Assembly (NCBI GenBank): GCA_963747845.1
Contig: CAVVGR010000008.1
Location: 65,091-129,090 of the forward strand
Reading direction: 5' to 3'
Length of the DNA stretch: 64,000 nucleotides
Source: an uncultured delta proteobacterium
GTDB taxonomy: Bacteria > Desulfobacterota > Binatia > Binatales > Binataceae
Shown here: piece after piece, positions 46,261 through 55,619 of the stretch
Position numbering within the stretch: the first letter of the stretch is position 1
Layout: the number at the start of each line of letters is the position of its first letter
Made by a program: the position numbers and the translations under genes
The notes under the pieces: model-generated
The model's input: only the letters and a program-made list of their open reading frames with translations
Database searches by the model: none
Told to the model about the DNA's origin: nothing

Positions 46261-47262
46261 ATGGAAACAAAATTTGATCGTCGATCGTTCCTGCGCGTCA
46301 CGGGCACCGCCCTCAGCATCGGCGCGCTCTACACCGTATTCCCCGGGCTGACCCGCAAAGCCGGCGCCGAGGGAATGGTGCGTACTCTCGCCGAGCTCAA
46401 CGGCGAAGCTCCGGCGCCGTTCTCGTTCATGCAGTTGAGCGACACGCACGTCGGATTCAACGGACCCCCTGACCCGCTCGGCACCAAGGCGTTCGAGAGC
46501 GCCGTCGCCACCATCAATGGGCTGAAAAATCGCCCCGAGCTGGTGATAGTCACCGGCGACCTGACCCATGACGCCGACTCGCCCGACGAGCACGCCAAAC
46601 GGTTCAAGCTGTTCAAGGAAATCTCCAGCAGAATCGGCGGCGCGCAGTTAAAGGTAGTGCCGGGCGAGAATGACGCCGGGCTCGACGGCGGCGACATGTT
46701 CCGCGAGTTCATGGGCCCGACGCATTACTCATTCGACCATCGCGGCGTCCATTTCATCGCGCTCGACAACGTCTCCGCCGGACGGCCGGTGGTAGGAGCC
46801 GCGCAGATCGCCTGGATGAAGGCCGACCTCGCGCGCTTTCCGAAAACCGCGCCGATAATAGTGTTCACCCATCGGCCGCTGTTCGACCTCAAGCCCGAAT
46901 GGGATTGGTCAACCAACGACGGCGACGACGTGATGAACGCGCTCGCGCCGTACGAGAACGTGACCGTGCTCTACGGCCATATCCATCGCGAGAATTTTCA
47001 CCAGGACGGCACCACGAAAATGTACGCGGCGCGATCGCTGATCTTCGCATTCCCGGATCCTGCGACCGCCAAAGTGAAAAAGCCGATGCCGTTCGACAAG
47101 GCGCAGCCGTTCAAGGACTTGGGAATCCGGCGCGTCAACGGCGACGCCAGCGGCAACGATTTGCAGCTCGAGGAAGTCGCGCTCGCAACGGCCGAGTTCT
47201 CGGGCACGGTCGGAATGGATCAGATGCTCAAACACGGAAGCGCAGACGCGCAGGATGAATGA
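46261..47262 (+). CDS. Tat-exported metallophosphoesterase
   Basis: Twin-arginine signal DRRSFLRVTG. SDTHVG, GDLTHD, GENDAG, GHIHRE motifs. Confidence 0.8.
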   Translation: METKFDRRSFLRVTGTALSIGALYTVFPGLTRKAGAEGMVRTLAELNGEAPAPFSFMQLSDTHVGFNGPPDPLGTKAFESAVATINGLKNRPELVIVTGDLTHDADSPDEHAKRFKLFKEISSRIGGAQLKVVPGENDAGLDGGDMFREFMGPTHYSFDHRGVHFIALDNVSAGRPVVGAAQIAWMKADLARFPKTAPIIVFTHRPLFDLKPEWDWSTNDGDDVMNALAPYENVTVLYGHIHRENFHQDGTTKMYAARSLIFAFPDPATAKVKKPMPFDKAQPFKDLGIRRVNGDASGNDLQLEEVALATAEFSGTVGMDQMLKHGSADAQDE

Positions 47263-47654
47263 AGATGAAAACCTCAACTATCAACAAAATCGTCGGTACG
47301 ATCCTGCTCGCGGGCGTATGCGAAATCGGCCTGGTGGCGGTGCCGGCGATGATCGATCTCACGCGCGCGAATGACAACCCGAAAGTGATCGAAATCACGG
47401 CGAAGAAATTCGAGTTCACGCCGAACGAGATCACGCTCAAGAAAGGCGAGCCCGTGATCCTGCGGCTGACCACTGCCGATCGCGTGCACGGCTTCATGTC
47501 GAAGCCGCTCAAATTCGATACCGACATCGCGGTCGGCAAGACCACCGACGTCGCCGTCACCCCCGACACGACCGGCGACTTCACCGTCATCTGCGACCAC
47601 TACTGCGGCACCGGCCACGGCGGGATGAATATGAAAATCACGGTGGTCGAGTAG
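47259..47654 (+). CDS. cupredoxin-domain protein with a CuA-like ligand pattern
   Basis: N-terminal TM/signal. H-x34-CDHYCGTGHGGM (C-x3-C-x3-H-x2-M). ATGA overlap with the previous gene. Confidence 0.75.
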   Translation: MKMKTSTINKIVGTILLAGVCEIGLVAVPAMIDLTRANDNPKVIEITAKKFEFTPNEITLKKGEPVILRLTTADRVHGFMSKPLKFDTDIAVGKTTDVAVTPDTTGDFTVICDHYCGTGHGGMNMKITVVE

Positions 47655-47655
47655 T

Positions 47656-48201
47656 GTGTTCGCTCAACTGGTCAGCACCTATCATCTGCATCCGATCGTC
47701 GATCACTTCACGATCGCGCTGCTGACCTTCGGGATCGCCGCGGAACTCCTCGCCGCCGCGGCGATCCTGCTCTCGCGCGGCCGGGCCGGTGTGCTCTCAA
47801 CTGCGAGCGGCAGGTTGCGTAGCACCTCACTTATACTGATGATCGGCGGCGCGGCGGCCAGCGTGCTTTCGTACTTCAGCGGAGACGCGGAAGCCGACCG
47901 GCTGTGGGACACGATGTCGCCCGCCGCGCAGCAGATTCTGTCATCCTCGGACGGCGCGCATGCTTACCTGTCGCATGCGGTGCTCGGGCAGTACCTGATG
48001 TACGCGTTCCTGGTGCTGGCCGTCTGGCGCGTGATGCTCGAGTTATCGAGACGGCTTGAACGCACCCGCGCCGCCTTCCTGGTCGCTGCGCTGATCGCGG
48101 CAGGCGCGCTGCTCTACCAGGGCAAGACCGGCGGTGAACTCGTCTACGATCATGGCGTCGGCGCTTCGAGTTCGGCCGCGCAAGCTGACCGCACCAACTG
48201 A
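47656..48201 (+). CDS. DUF2231-like membrane protein
   Basis: GTG start 2 nt after the previous stop. 4 to 5 TM segments, HPIVDHFTIALL N-terminus. Confidence 0.6.
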   Translation: MFAQLVSTYHLHPIVDHFTIALLTFGIAAELLAAAAILLSRGRAGVLSTASGRLRSTSLILMIGGAAASVLSYFSGDAEADRLWDTMSPAAQQILSSSDGAHAYLSHAVLGQYLMYAFLVLAVWRVMLELSRRLERTRAAFLVAALIAAGALLYQGKTGGELVYDHGVGASSSAAQADRTN

Positions 48202-48274
48202 ATGGAGATAGCTTGTTGGGATTGACACGAACCCGGCGTCAGGGAGATCGACATACCAGCCTTCCGGCTCGGGT

Positions 48275-49078
48275 ATGCCAAAAACTTCAGTCTCAAAATC
48301 TCTCCGCTCCGTTATTTCGTCGGCGCTCTTCGGCATTGCGTTATTGCTCGTTGCCGCGAATCCGCTCATGGCGGCAAGCTGCCCTACTGCTTCCAGCGCT
48401 ATCGACACTGACCGTCCCGGCGTCACCAATTCCGCAACTGCAGTTCCTCGCGGAAGTTTCCAGGCCGAGAACGGCAGCGACTGGATGGCGGCGCACGGGT
48501 CGAATTTTCTGACCGGAAGTGAAACCAGGCTGCGTGTCGGCGTCGCGCAATGCAGCGAGTTCCTGATCGACGTGCCGAGTTACACCGGCGGCCTCAACGA
48601 CTCGCAGCCGTCGGGCTTTTCCGACGTCGTGGTCTCGTTCAAGCGCGAGCTGCCAATGCCGACCGGCATCCACCTGTCGGCGACGGCGGGCCTGGGTTTT
48701 CCGAGCGGCTCGAGCAAAATCTCGGGCCACGGCTATCAACCCTATATCCAGGCGCCGTGGTCCTACCGGATTGGCAGGGGATGGTCAGCGAGCGGGACGT
48801 TCACTCTGTCCTGGTTCCCGAGCGAGTCGGAAAGAAATCCGACCTTTGGACCGGCGATTTCGCTTGGGAGAAAACTGGGCAGCTCCACCAACATGGCAAT
48901 CGAGTACGGTGGAATGTACAGCCATCAACAGCCGATGCACGTGCTGGACACGCTCGGCCAGTGGCGTTTCACCAATACTCAGCAGCTAGACTTCCAGGCG
49001 GGCTTCGGACTCAACCGCAACACCGTCGATCACTTCTTCGGCATCGGCTATTCGTTCCGCCTCGACAACCTGTTCTGA
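48275..49078 (+). CDS. outer-membrane beta-barrel (MetA-pathway/transporter family, PF13557-like)
   Basis: Signal peptide. DTDRPGVTNSATAVPRGSFQAENG near the N-terminus. C-terminal aromatic residue (F). Confidence 0.6.
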   Translation: MPKTSVSKSLRSVISSALFGIALLLVAANPLMAASCPTASSAIDTDRPGVTNSATAVPRGSFQAENGSDWMAAHGSNFLTGSETRLRVGVAQCSEFLIDVPSYTGGLNDSQPSGFSDVVVSFKRELPMPTGIHLSATAGLGFPSGSSKISGHGYQPYIQAPWSYRIGRGWSASGTFTLSWFPSESERNPTFGPAISLGRKLGSSTNMAIEYGGMYSHQQPMHVLDTLGQWRFTNTQQLDFQAGFGLNRNTVDHFFGIGYSFRLDNLF

Positions 49079-49087
49079 ACGCAGCTC

Positions 49088-49153
49088 TTATTAATACTGG
49101 GTGCAGGGGTCACCCCTGCCCAGGGAGGTGCGGAACCCACGGCGGGTTCCGCA
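49088..49153 (-). repeat. REP-A repeat, short form (hairpins 1 and 2)
   Basis: The reverse complement is GCGGAACCCGCCGTGGGTTCCGC...GCAGGGGTGACCCCTGCACCCAGTATTAA. Lies between convergent genes. Confidence 0.8.
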
Positions 49154-49168
49154 TTCAATTAAGTCTCT

Positions 49169-50284
49169 CTACGGCTCTTCGCCTTGCTGGAACAGGCGCA
49201 TCAGCTCCTCGACGGTGGCTGGCGGCTTGCGCGCGGTCGCGAGTGTGTCTGTGACGTGATCGACCGACTTCATTCCGACCAGCGCCACATCGACGCCCGG
49301 CGTCGAGCGCACGAACTGAATCGAGCGTTGCGCGTCGGTCGCGAAGCCGCTGAAAGCATTGGCGACTATCGGCGGCAGCCCGCGCGATAGCTGGCCCTGC
49401 AGCAGCGAGGCGCTGGCCGAGACCGCAAGGCCGAACGCCTTCGCCGCCGCGAGCGTGGTCGCCTTGCCGGCGTGCACGAATTGATTCGAGCGCGTGACCG
49501 CCTCGGGCATCGCGAGGTTGTACGGCAACTGGATCGCGCGAAAATGATGCGCGTCGCCAGCGACCTCGCGCGCGGTTCGCATCAGCTCGTCGAGCGAGAG
49601 CCATCCGCGCTCGGTTTGCTGCGCCCGAAAACCGTTCCAGGTCGCGGTGCCGTACACGCCGATCTTTCCGTCGGCCACCGCGCCTTCGAGAAATTCGAAG
49701 ATCGTTTTGATTCGCGCGAGGAACTCCTTGCGATCGATCGCTTCGAGCTGCGTCTCGGGATTGTGAATATAGTAGATGTCGATCGTCTCGAGATTGAGAT
49801 TGCGGCGCGACAATTCGAGCATCGTCGCGATATACTTCGGCGTCATGCAATGCGAGCCGTCGACCAGATCGGCCGGCGCGACGATTCCCGTCTGCACGTA
49901 ATGCTCTTCGAACCACGCGCGCGGATTGGCCGGCACACCGCCGTCGAACGTGATGTAACCGCCCTTGGTCGCAACGACGACTTGATCGCGTTCGATCTCG
50001 CCCGCCGCAACCAGCTCGCCGAGTGACTTGCCGATATTCCGCTCGCTGCGCTGGAAGCGATAGTTCACCGCCGTGTCGATCAGGTTGATCCCGCCGCGCA
50101 GGCTCGCCTTGATCGCCGCTTCGTACTCGCCGTCGGTCTCGTCGTCGGGCTCGCCGAGGTAGGTGCCGATTCCGATCGACGAAACCGACATCCCGAGCGC
50201 AGGCCGGAAGTTTCCCGGCAGATCCGGGAAGCGGCTCGCGTATGCTGCCGTAGCCTCGGCCGTCGCGCGCCCTTTGAGCATCAT
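49169..50284 (-). CDS. aldo/keto reductase
   Basis: IGIGTYLG...GINLIDTAVNYR...ATKGG...IYYIHNP... AKR catalytic-region pattern. Confidence 0.8.
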   Translation of the reverse strand: MMLKGRATAEATAAYASRFPDLPGNFRPALGMSVSSIGIGTYLGEPDDETDGEYEAAIKASLRGGINLIDTAVNYRFQRSERNIGKSLGELVAAGEIERDQVVVATKGGYITFDGGVPANPRAWFEEHYVQTGIVAPADLVDGSHCMTPKYIATMLELSRRNLNLETIDIYYIHNPETQLEAIDRKEFLARIKTIFEFLEGAVADGKIGVYGTATWNGFRAQQTERGWLSLDELMRTAREVAGDAHHFRAIQLPYNLAMPEAVTRSNQFVHAGKATTLAAAKAFGLAVSASASLLQGQLSRGLPPIVANAFSGFATDAQRSIQFVRSTPGVDVALVGMKSVDHVTDTLATARKPPATVEELMRLFQQGEEP

Positions 50285-50335
50285 GCGGTTTCTCCCGCGC
50301 GCCGTCGCGCGCCTTCTGCCTGTTGCGTTCGATAG

Positions 50336-50725
50336 TTACGAGAAAGACTGCGGACTGATCGCCGGTTCGTAGAGCGCCTGGATCACGTTACCGTCGGGAT
50401 CGCGAATGTAAAACGACACCGAGCCGTCGCGATGATGCTTGAGCTCGTGCACTATCTCGACGCCGGCGCTCCTCGCCCACGCATATCCTTCCTCGACGTC
50501 GGCGATCGTCGGCACGATGAACCCGAGATGGTCGAGCCGCTGCGCGTCGCCGCCGTGATCGCCACGATGCAACGCGAGGTTGTCGCATCCGGAGCTGAGG
50601 TACGCGTTGTCGGCGTCGGGCTGCCACACGAGCTTCATCCCGAACACGCGAACATAGAAATCTTTCGCGCGCTCGACGTTGGAGACCTTCAGCGCCAGAT
50701 GACGCATGCCGCGATTCTTGATCAA
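50336..50725 (-). CDS. VOC/glyoxalase family protein
   Basis: MRHLALKVSNVERAKDFY...LDHLGF...FYIRDPDGNVIQ. Confidence 0.8.
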   Translation of the reverse strand: MIKNRGMRHLALKVSNVERAKDFYVRVFGMKLVWQPDADNAYLSSGCDNLALHRGDHGGDAQRLDHLGFIVPTIADVEEGYAWARSAGVEIVHELKHHRDGSVSFYIRDPDGNVIQALYEPAISPQSFS

Positions 50726-51363
50726 CTTTGTCCCTCGCGCGGTTTATATCCCACCACCGCCCAAATCGGGTCCGACGGCGGCGTGGTCGGCGCGCTGCGG
50801 TCGATGAAATCTATATTCTCAAACGCGCCGCTCTCCATAAAGTAGCTGCCGACCAGCTTGCCGTGGTCGTAGTCGTCGAGATGCTGCCAAATGGCGACCG
50901 CCTTGGTCGGGAACATGCGGTTGGAAAACGTCGCGATGAACGGCGCGCCCGGCTTGAGCACGCGCGCGACCTCGGCGAACGTCTCGATCGGCCGCGTCAT
51001 GTATTGCACCGAGACCGTGACGACCGCGCCGTCGAACTCGTCATCGGCGAACGGCAGCCGCGGCTCGCGATTGAGATTGTGGATGACGATTTCGGTGAGC
51101 GCGGGATTGTTTTCCATCTCCGAGCGATTCATCCCGAGGCCGACGACTCGCGACGGCCGGATGTGCGCCGGCAAATGCGATCGCCAACTGCTCATCAGAT
51201 CGAGGATCGCGCCGCCTTGCGGCAGCAACTGCGCGTAGATCTCGCCGACCTTCGCGATCGCACCGTCGTCGATATGCGTGACGAGCCGCGGGACCGAGTA
51301 AAATACCTCATCATCGTCGTCATCGACGCGTCTGAAGAAATCCGCGGGAAGCTGCTTGGGCAT
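50722..51363 (-). CDS. class I SAM-dependent methyltransferase
   Basis: 213 aa, ...ILDLMSSW...FDGAVVTVSVQYM...LKPGAPF... Overlaps the downstream gene start by 4 nt. Confidence 0.65.
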   Translation of the reverse strand: MPKQLPADFFRRVDDDDDEVFYSVPRLVTHIDDGAIAKVGEIYAQLLPQGGAILDLMSSWRSHLPAHIRPSRVVGLGMNRSEMENNPALTEIVIHNLNREPRLPFADDEFDGAVVTVSVQYMTRPIETFAEVARVLKPGAPFIATFSNRMFPTKAVAIWQHLDDYDHGKLVGSYFMESGAFENIDFIDRSAPTTPPSDPIWAVVGYKPREGQS

Positions 51364-51457
51364 GCTGAAAACCTGTTTTGAGCGCCTGTTGATAGATTGA
51401 ATTTATCTTTAAATATCAGCTACTTAGTGAAAATTAGGAGGAATATTCGAAGCATCG

Positions 51458-51487
51458 TTGACAGAGTTCCGGCGCGTCACTTAAAGT
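51458..51487 (+). promoter_or_regulatory. candidate sigma-70 promoter of the iclR-family gene
   Basis: TTGACA 51458-51463, 18-nt spacer, TAAAGT 51482-51487. Confidence 0.3.
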
Positions 51488-51500
51488 AAAACACTTTTAC
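51486..51500. promoter_or_regulatory. palindrome GTAAAACACTTTTAC, candidate IclR-type operator
   Basis: Perfect 6-nt arms with a 3-nt centre, overlapping the putative -10, 35 nt upstream of the regulator start. Confidence 0.3.
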
Positions 51501-51534
51501 ATACCGCGCTACAAAGGTCTTGTGAACCGCGAGC

Positions 51535-52335
51535 GTGGCAGTCGAAAACACGATGGTCCGACGCGATAAAACAAACTACGTCATCCAATCCGTCGCGCAT
51601 GCGCTCGACGTGCTCGAACAATTCTTCGGCGAGGTCGATGAACTCGGCGTTACGGAACTTTCCAAGCGGCTCAAGCTGCATAAGAACAACGTCTTCCGCC
51701 TGCTCGCGACGCTCGAAGCGCGCGGTTATATCGAGCAAAACAAAGCCACCGAAAATTATCGCCTCGGCATCAAGTGCCTGCACCTCGGTCGCCGTTACAT
51801 CCATCATATGGGCCTCGTGAGGCAAGCGCGCCCTATCCTCGCCGACGTCGCGCGCAAATGCCGCGAGAGCGCGTACGTCGCAATCGTGCGGCGCGACGGC
51901 GTCGTCCCGCTCGAAGCAGCCGAGGCCGAAGATCGCGCCGTGCGTATCACGCCGCCGATCGGTATCACGCTGCCGCTTTACTGTACCGCGGCCGGCAAAG
52001 CGCATCTCGCCTTCGACGCCGAGGAGCAGCTCAAATCCGCGCTGCCCGAATCGCTGAAACGATTCACCGATCGCACGATCATTGATCGCGCAACCCTGCT
52101 GGCGCAGCTCGAAGCAGTCGCGCGCGACGGCTACGCGACCGACTCCGGCGAGTTCATCGAAGAAGTCTCGTCGGTCGCAGTGCCGATTCGCGACTACACG
52201 CGCTCGGTCGTCGGCTCAGTGGCAGTCGCCGGCCCCAGCTATCGCATCGGGCCAGAGCGAATCACCGCGGAAATCGCACCAAGCCTGCTCGACGCCGGCC
52301 GCGAACTGTCACACCGCCTCGGCTACAACGAATAA
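51535..52335 (+). CDS. IclR-family transcriptional regulator
   Basis: N-terminal wHTH (VQSVAHALDVLEQF...LGVTELSKRLKLHKNNVFRLLATLEARGYI) plus an IclR effector domain. Start is GTG 51535 or ATG 51553. Confidence 0.88.
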   Translation: MAVENTMVRRDKTNYVIQSVAHALDVLEQFFGEVDELGVTELSKRLKLHKNNVFRLLATLEARGYIEQNKATENYRLGIKCLHLGRRYIHHMGLVRQARPILADVARKCRESAYVAIVRRDGVVPLEAAEAEDRAVRITPPIGITLPLYCTAAGKAHLAFDAEEQLKSALPESLKRFTDRTIIDRATLLAQLEAVARDGYATDSGEFIEEVSSVAVPIRDYTRSVVGSVAVAGPSYRIGPERITAEIAPSLLDAGRELSHRLGYNE

Positions 52336-52384
52336 GCACGAGGCGAGCGCGTCGCGCACGATCGACGATTGTACGCGGAACCCG

Positions 52385-52474
52385 CCGTGGGTTCCGCACC
52401 TCCCTGGGCAGGGGTGACCCCTGCACCCAGTATTAAGATGCGGGACTCCGTCCCTGTTAGGAACTTTTCTGGTG
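52385..52474 (+). repeat. REP-A repeat, full length
   Basis: GCGGAACCCGCCGTGGGTTCCGC / GCAGGGGTGACCCCTGC / GGGACTCCGTCCC hairpins. Confidence 0.8.
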
Positions 52475-52513
52475 GGAAGAGTTTGGCTTGGTTGAAGCGG
52501 CCTCGTCCTGAAT

Positions 52514-52580
52514 TGCCTCGCCCCACGAGGGGAGAGGCCGACGCGCGTCCGCGCGCGGCGGGTGAGGGACCAAATTTTCC
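52514..52580 (+). repeat. REP-B repeat
   Basis: TGCCTCGCCCCACGAGGGGAGAGGCC, then a GC hairpin, then GGTGAGGGACCAAATTTTCC. Confidence 0.7.
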
Positions 52581-52793
52581 GAGATTCCGACTCGCACGAT
52601 AACGACAACAAGAATCAGCCAGCCGCGCAGCCTACCGCTCGCCAGCCTTTGCACCGTAACCTCGCCATTAGTATGGTTTGACTGACTGGCGGGCCGCTGT
52701 TAGAAATTTTGCGTTTATCGGCTCTATTCCCTGGGCAACTTCGTCTGTTCCAGACCTATCGATGCATGAACCAATGCGTGGAGTTATAAGGCT

Positions 52794-53540
52794 TTGAAAA
52801 TCCTGGTACCAATCAAGCGAGTCCCCGATCCCGCCACCACTATCCGCGTGCTGCCCGACGGCACCGGTATCGCCACCGACAACGTGAAATGGGTCATCAA
52901 CCCGTTTTGCGAAATCGCGATCGAAGAGGCGTTGCGGATCAAGGAGAAACAGACCGGCGAGGTCGTGCTCGTCACGGTCGGGCAATCGACCTGGCAGGAG
53001 CAGTTGCGCACCGGGCTCGCGATGGGCGCCGACCGCGCAATCCTGGTCAAGACCGACACCCCGCCCGACTCGCTCGCGATCGCGCGAATCCTCGCGAAAA
53101 TCGCCGGCGACGAGAAGCCCGACCTCATTATATTGGGCAAGCAGGCGATCGACGACGACTCCAACCAGGTCGGGCAGATGCTGGCCGAGATGCTCGGATG
53201 GCCGCAGGCGACGTTCGCGTCGAAGGTCGAAATAGGCGCCGACAAGACCTCGGTCGTGCGCGAAGTCGACGGCGGCCTCGAGACGATCGCGTTCAAGCTC
53301 CCGGCCGTTATCACCACCGACCTGCGCCTCAACGAGCCGCGCTACGCCTCGCTGCCGGGAATCATGAAGGCGCGCAAGAAGGAGCTGAAGGAAGTGCCGG
53401 CCGAGAGCCTCGGCGTCAATCTCGCTCCCAAGCTGAAGATAAAGACGATGGCCGCGCCGCCCAAGCGCCAGGCCGGGCGCAAAGTCGCGTCGGTGCAGGA
53501 GCTGGTCACGGTCCTGCACACCGAAGCCAAAGTTATCTGA
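52794..53540 (+). CDS. etfB: electron transfer flavoprotein beta subunit
   Basis: TTG start after GGAG. MKILVPIKRVPD...ILGKQAIDDDSNQVGQMLAE... Confidence 0.9.
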   Translation: MKILVPIKRVPDPATTIRVLPDGTGIATDNVKWVINPFCEIAIEEALRIKEKQTGEVVLVTVGQSTWQEQLRTGLAMGADRAILVKTDTPPDSLAIARILAKIAGDEKPDLIILGKQAIDDDSNQVGQMLAEMLGWPQATFASKVEIGADKTSVVREVDGGLETIAFKLPAVITTDLRLNEPRYASLPGIMKARKKELKEVPAESLGVNLAPKLKIKTMAAPPKRQAGRKVASVQELVTVLHTEAKVI

Positions 53541-53578
53541 TTACGACACTTAGAATCGCGAACGCGGAGTGAATTGAA

Positions 53579-54553
53579 ATGGGTGACGTTCTGATTTTCG
53601 CGGAGCATCAGGGGGGACATTTCCCCAAGACCACGCTGGTCGCCGTTCACGCGGGCGTCGAGCTGGCGAAAAAGCGCGGCGGCAAGGCTATCGCGGTGGT
53701 CGCGGGCGACGCGCCCGAGTCGGCGGCGGGAGAGATCGCAAAATACGGCGTCGCCAAAGTGATCGCACTGGCGCATCCGGCGCTGAAAAATTATCTCGCC
53801 GACGCGCATGCGCAAGCATTCGCCGCGCTGGCGAAAAAGGAAAACGCGGAATTCGTTCTCGCGACCGCAACTGCGATCGGCAAAGACCTGTTTCCGCGGC
53901 TGGCCGCGCGCCTCGACGCTCCGATGGCATCGGAAATCACCTCGATCGGCGACGACCATACTTTCGTGCGCCCGACCTACGCCGGCAACGTGATGGCGAC
54001 GGTCGAGCTCGACGGTCCAATCAAAGTGCTGACCGTGCGCGGCACCGCGTTCGACGCCGCCAAGCCGGGCGACGCCGCTGCGCCGGTCGAAAAGCAGGAC
54101 GCCGAGATCGACGCGGGCGCGCTCAAGATGGAATTCGTTTCGTTCAACGCGACCAAGAGCGATCGCCCGCAACTGACCGAGGCGCGGATAATCGTGTCGG
54201 GCGGCCGCGGCCTCAAGTCGGGCGAAAACTTCAAGACCGTGCTCGAGCCGCTGGTCGACGAGATGGGCGCGGCGATGGGCGCGTCGCGCGCGGCGGTCGA
54301 TGCGGGCTTCGTGCCGAATGATCTGCAAGTCGGGCAGACGGGCAAGGTCGTCGCGCCGGAACTCTACATCGCAGTCGGAATTTCAGGCGCGATTCAGCAT
54401 CTGGCCGGGATGAAAGACTCGAAGGTCATCTGCGCGATCAACAAGGATGAAGAGGCGCCGATTTTCGCGGTCGCCGACTACGGCCTGGTCGCCGATCTGT
54501 TCAAAGCAGTGCCCGAGATGGCCGAGGAAATCAAAAAGCTCAAGCATTCGTAG
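53579..54553 (+). CDS. etfA: electron transfer flavoprotein alpha subunit
   Basis: ...IIVSGGRGL...AVDAG...QVGQTGKVVAPELYIAVGISGAIQHLAGM...INKD..APIF. Confidence 0.9.
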   Translation: MGDVLIFAEHQGGHFPKTTLVAVHAGVELAKKRGGKAIAVVAGDAPESAAGEIAKYGVAKVIALAHPALKNYLADAHAQAFAALAKKENAEFVLATATAIGKDLFPRLAARLDAPMASEITSIGDDHTFVRPTYAGNVMATVELDGPIKVLTVRGTAFDAAKPGDAAAPVEKQDAEIDAGALKMEFVSFNATKSDRPQLTEARIIVSGGRGLKSGENFKTVLEPLVDEMGAAMGASRAAVDAGFVPNDLQVGQTGKVVAPELYIAVGISGAIQHLAGMKDSKVICAINKDEEAPIFAVADYGLVADLFKAVPEMAEEIKKLKHS

Positions 54554-54580
54554 CCCGCGCCCCGGGCAGGAAGTTTTTCG

Positions 54581-55540
54581 ATGTCGGAACTTCAGCACAA
54601 ATTCGTCGAGACCAATGGCATCCGGATGCATTACGTCGAGCAGGGTGCGGGTCCGCTGATCGTGCTCTGCCACGGATGGCCCGAGTCGTGGTACTCGTGG
54701 CGGCATCAGATTCCCGCGCTCGCGGCGGCAGGCTTTCGCGTCGTCGCGCCCGACCAGCGCGGCTACGGGCAGACCGACGCGCCCGCCGCGATCGAGTCGT
54801 ACAACATCCTGAACCTCGTCGGCGATATCGTCGGGCTGGTCAACAGCCTCGGCGTCGAATCGGCGGTGATCTCCGGCCACGATTGGGGCGCACCGGTGGC
54901 ATGGTATTCGGCGCTGCTCCGTCCCGACATCTTTCGCGCGATCGCGCTGCTGAGCGTTCCGTATTTTCCGCGCACTCCGATGCGTCCGAGCGACGCGATG
55001 AAGGCGCTCGCCGGTGACCAGCATTTTTATCAGCTCTATTTCCAGGAGCCGGGCAAGGTCGAAAAGGAACTCGACGCCGATCCGCGCGCGACGATGGCGC
55101 GAGTGCTCTACTCCGGTTCCGGCGATGCGCCGAGCGGCGGTCAGTTCGCTTTCATGTTCCCCAAGACGAAAAAGTTTATCGAGACGGGCACGATGCCGGA
55201 CAAGCTGCCGCCATGGCTGACCGACGCCGACCTGGATTTCTTTGCCGCCGAGTTCAAGCGCACCGGCTTTCGCGGCGGCATCAACTGGTATCGCAATTTC
55301 GATCGCAACTGGGAGCTCACGCCGTTCCTCGACGGCGCCCAGCTGCGCCAGCCCGCAGTGTTCGCCGCCGGTGAGCATGACGTGGTCGGCAAGATGAACC
55401 CGGGCGCATACGATAGGGTTGGCGCGGCTACTCCGAATCTGAAAAAGAAAGTGATCATCCCCGGCGCCGGCCATTGGATACAGCAGGAGCGGCCGAAGGA
55501 GATCAATGAGATACTGATCGAGTTTTTGAAGGGTCTATAG
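54581..55540 (+). CDS. epoxide hydrolase (paralog of 40932..41894)
   Basis: HGWPESWYSWRHQ, GHDWGA, GAGHWIQQE. Clearly similar throughout to the other copy. Confidence 0.85.
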   Translation: MSELQHKFVETNGIRMHYVEQGAGPLIVLCHGWPESWYSWRHQIPALAAAGFRVVAPDQRGYGQTDAPAAIESYNILNLVGDIVGLVNSLGVESAVISGHDWGAPVAWYSALLRPDIFRAIALLSVPYFPRTPMRPSDAMKALAGDQHFYQLYFQEPGKVEKELDADPRATMARVLYSGSGDAPSGGQFAFMFPKTKKFIETGTMPDKLPPWLTDADLDFFAAEFKRTGFRGGINWYRNFDRNWELTPFLDGAQLRQPAVFAAGEHDVVGKMNPGAYDRVGAATPNLKKKVIIPGAGHWIQQERPKEINEILIEFLKGL

Positions 55541-55552
55541 AACTTGATTTAA

Positions 55553-55617
55553 TGTGAAACCCGCGGTGGGTTTCACGCTTCCTTCGGCAGGGGTGACCCC
55601 TGCACCCAGTATTAAGA
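55553..55617 (+). repeat. REP-A repeat, short form
   Basis: TGTGAAACCCGCGGTGGGTTTCAC...GCAGGGGTGACCCCTGCACCCAGTATTAAGA. Ends 2 nt before the lipoprotein start codon. Confidence 0.8.
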
Positions 55618-55619
55618 AA

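Noticed and set aside
40932-55540. Two epoxide hydrolase paralogs as evidence of a recent segmental duplication
   Set aside because: Only the proteins are similar, at moderate identity. The flanking genes and DNA are unrelated, so these are ordinary old paralogs.
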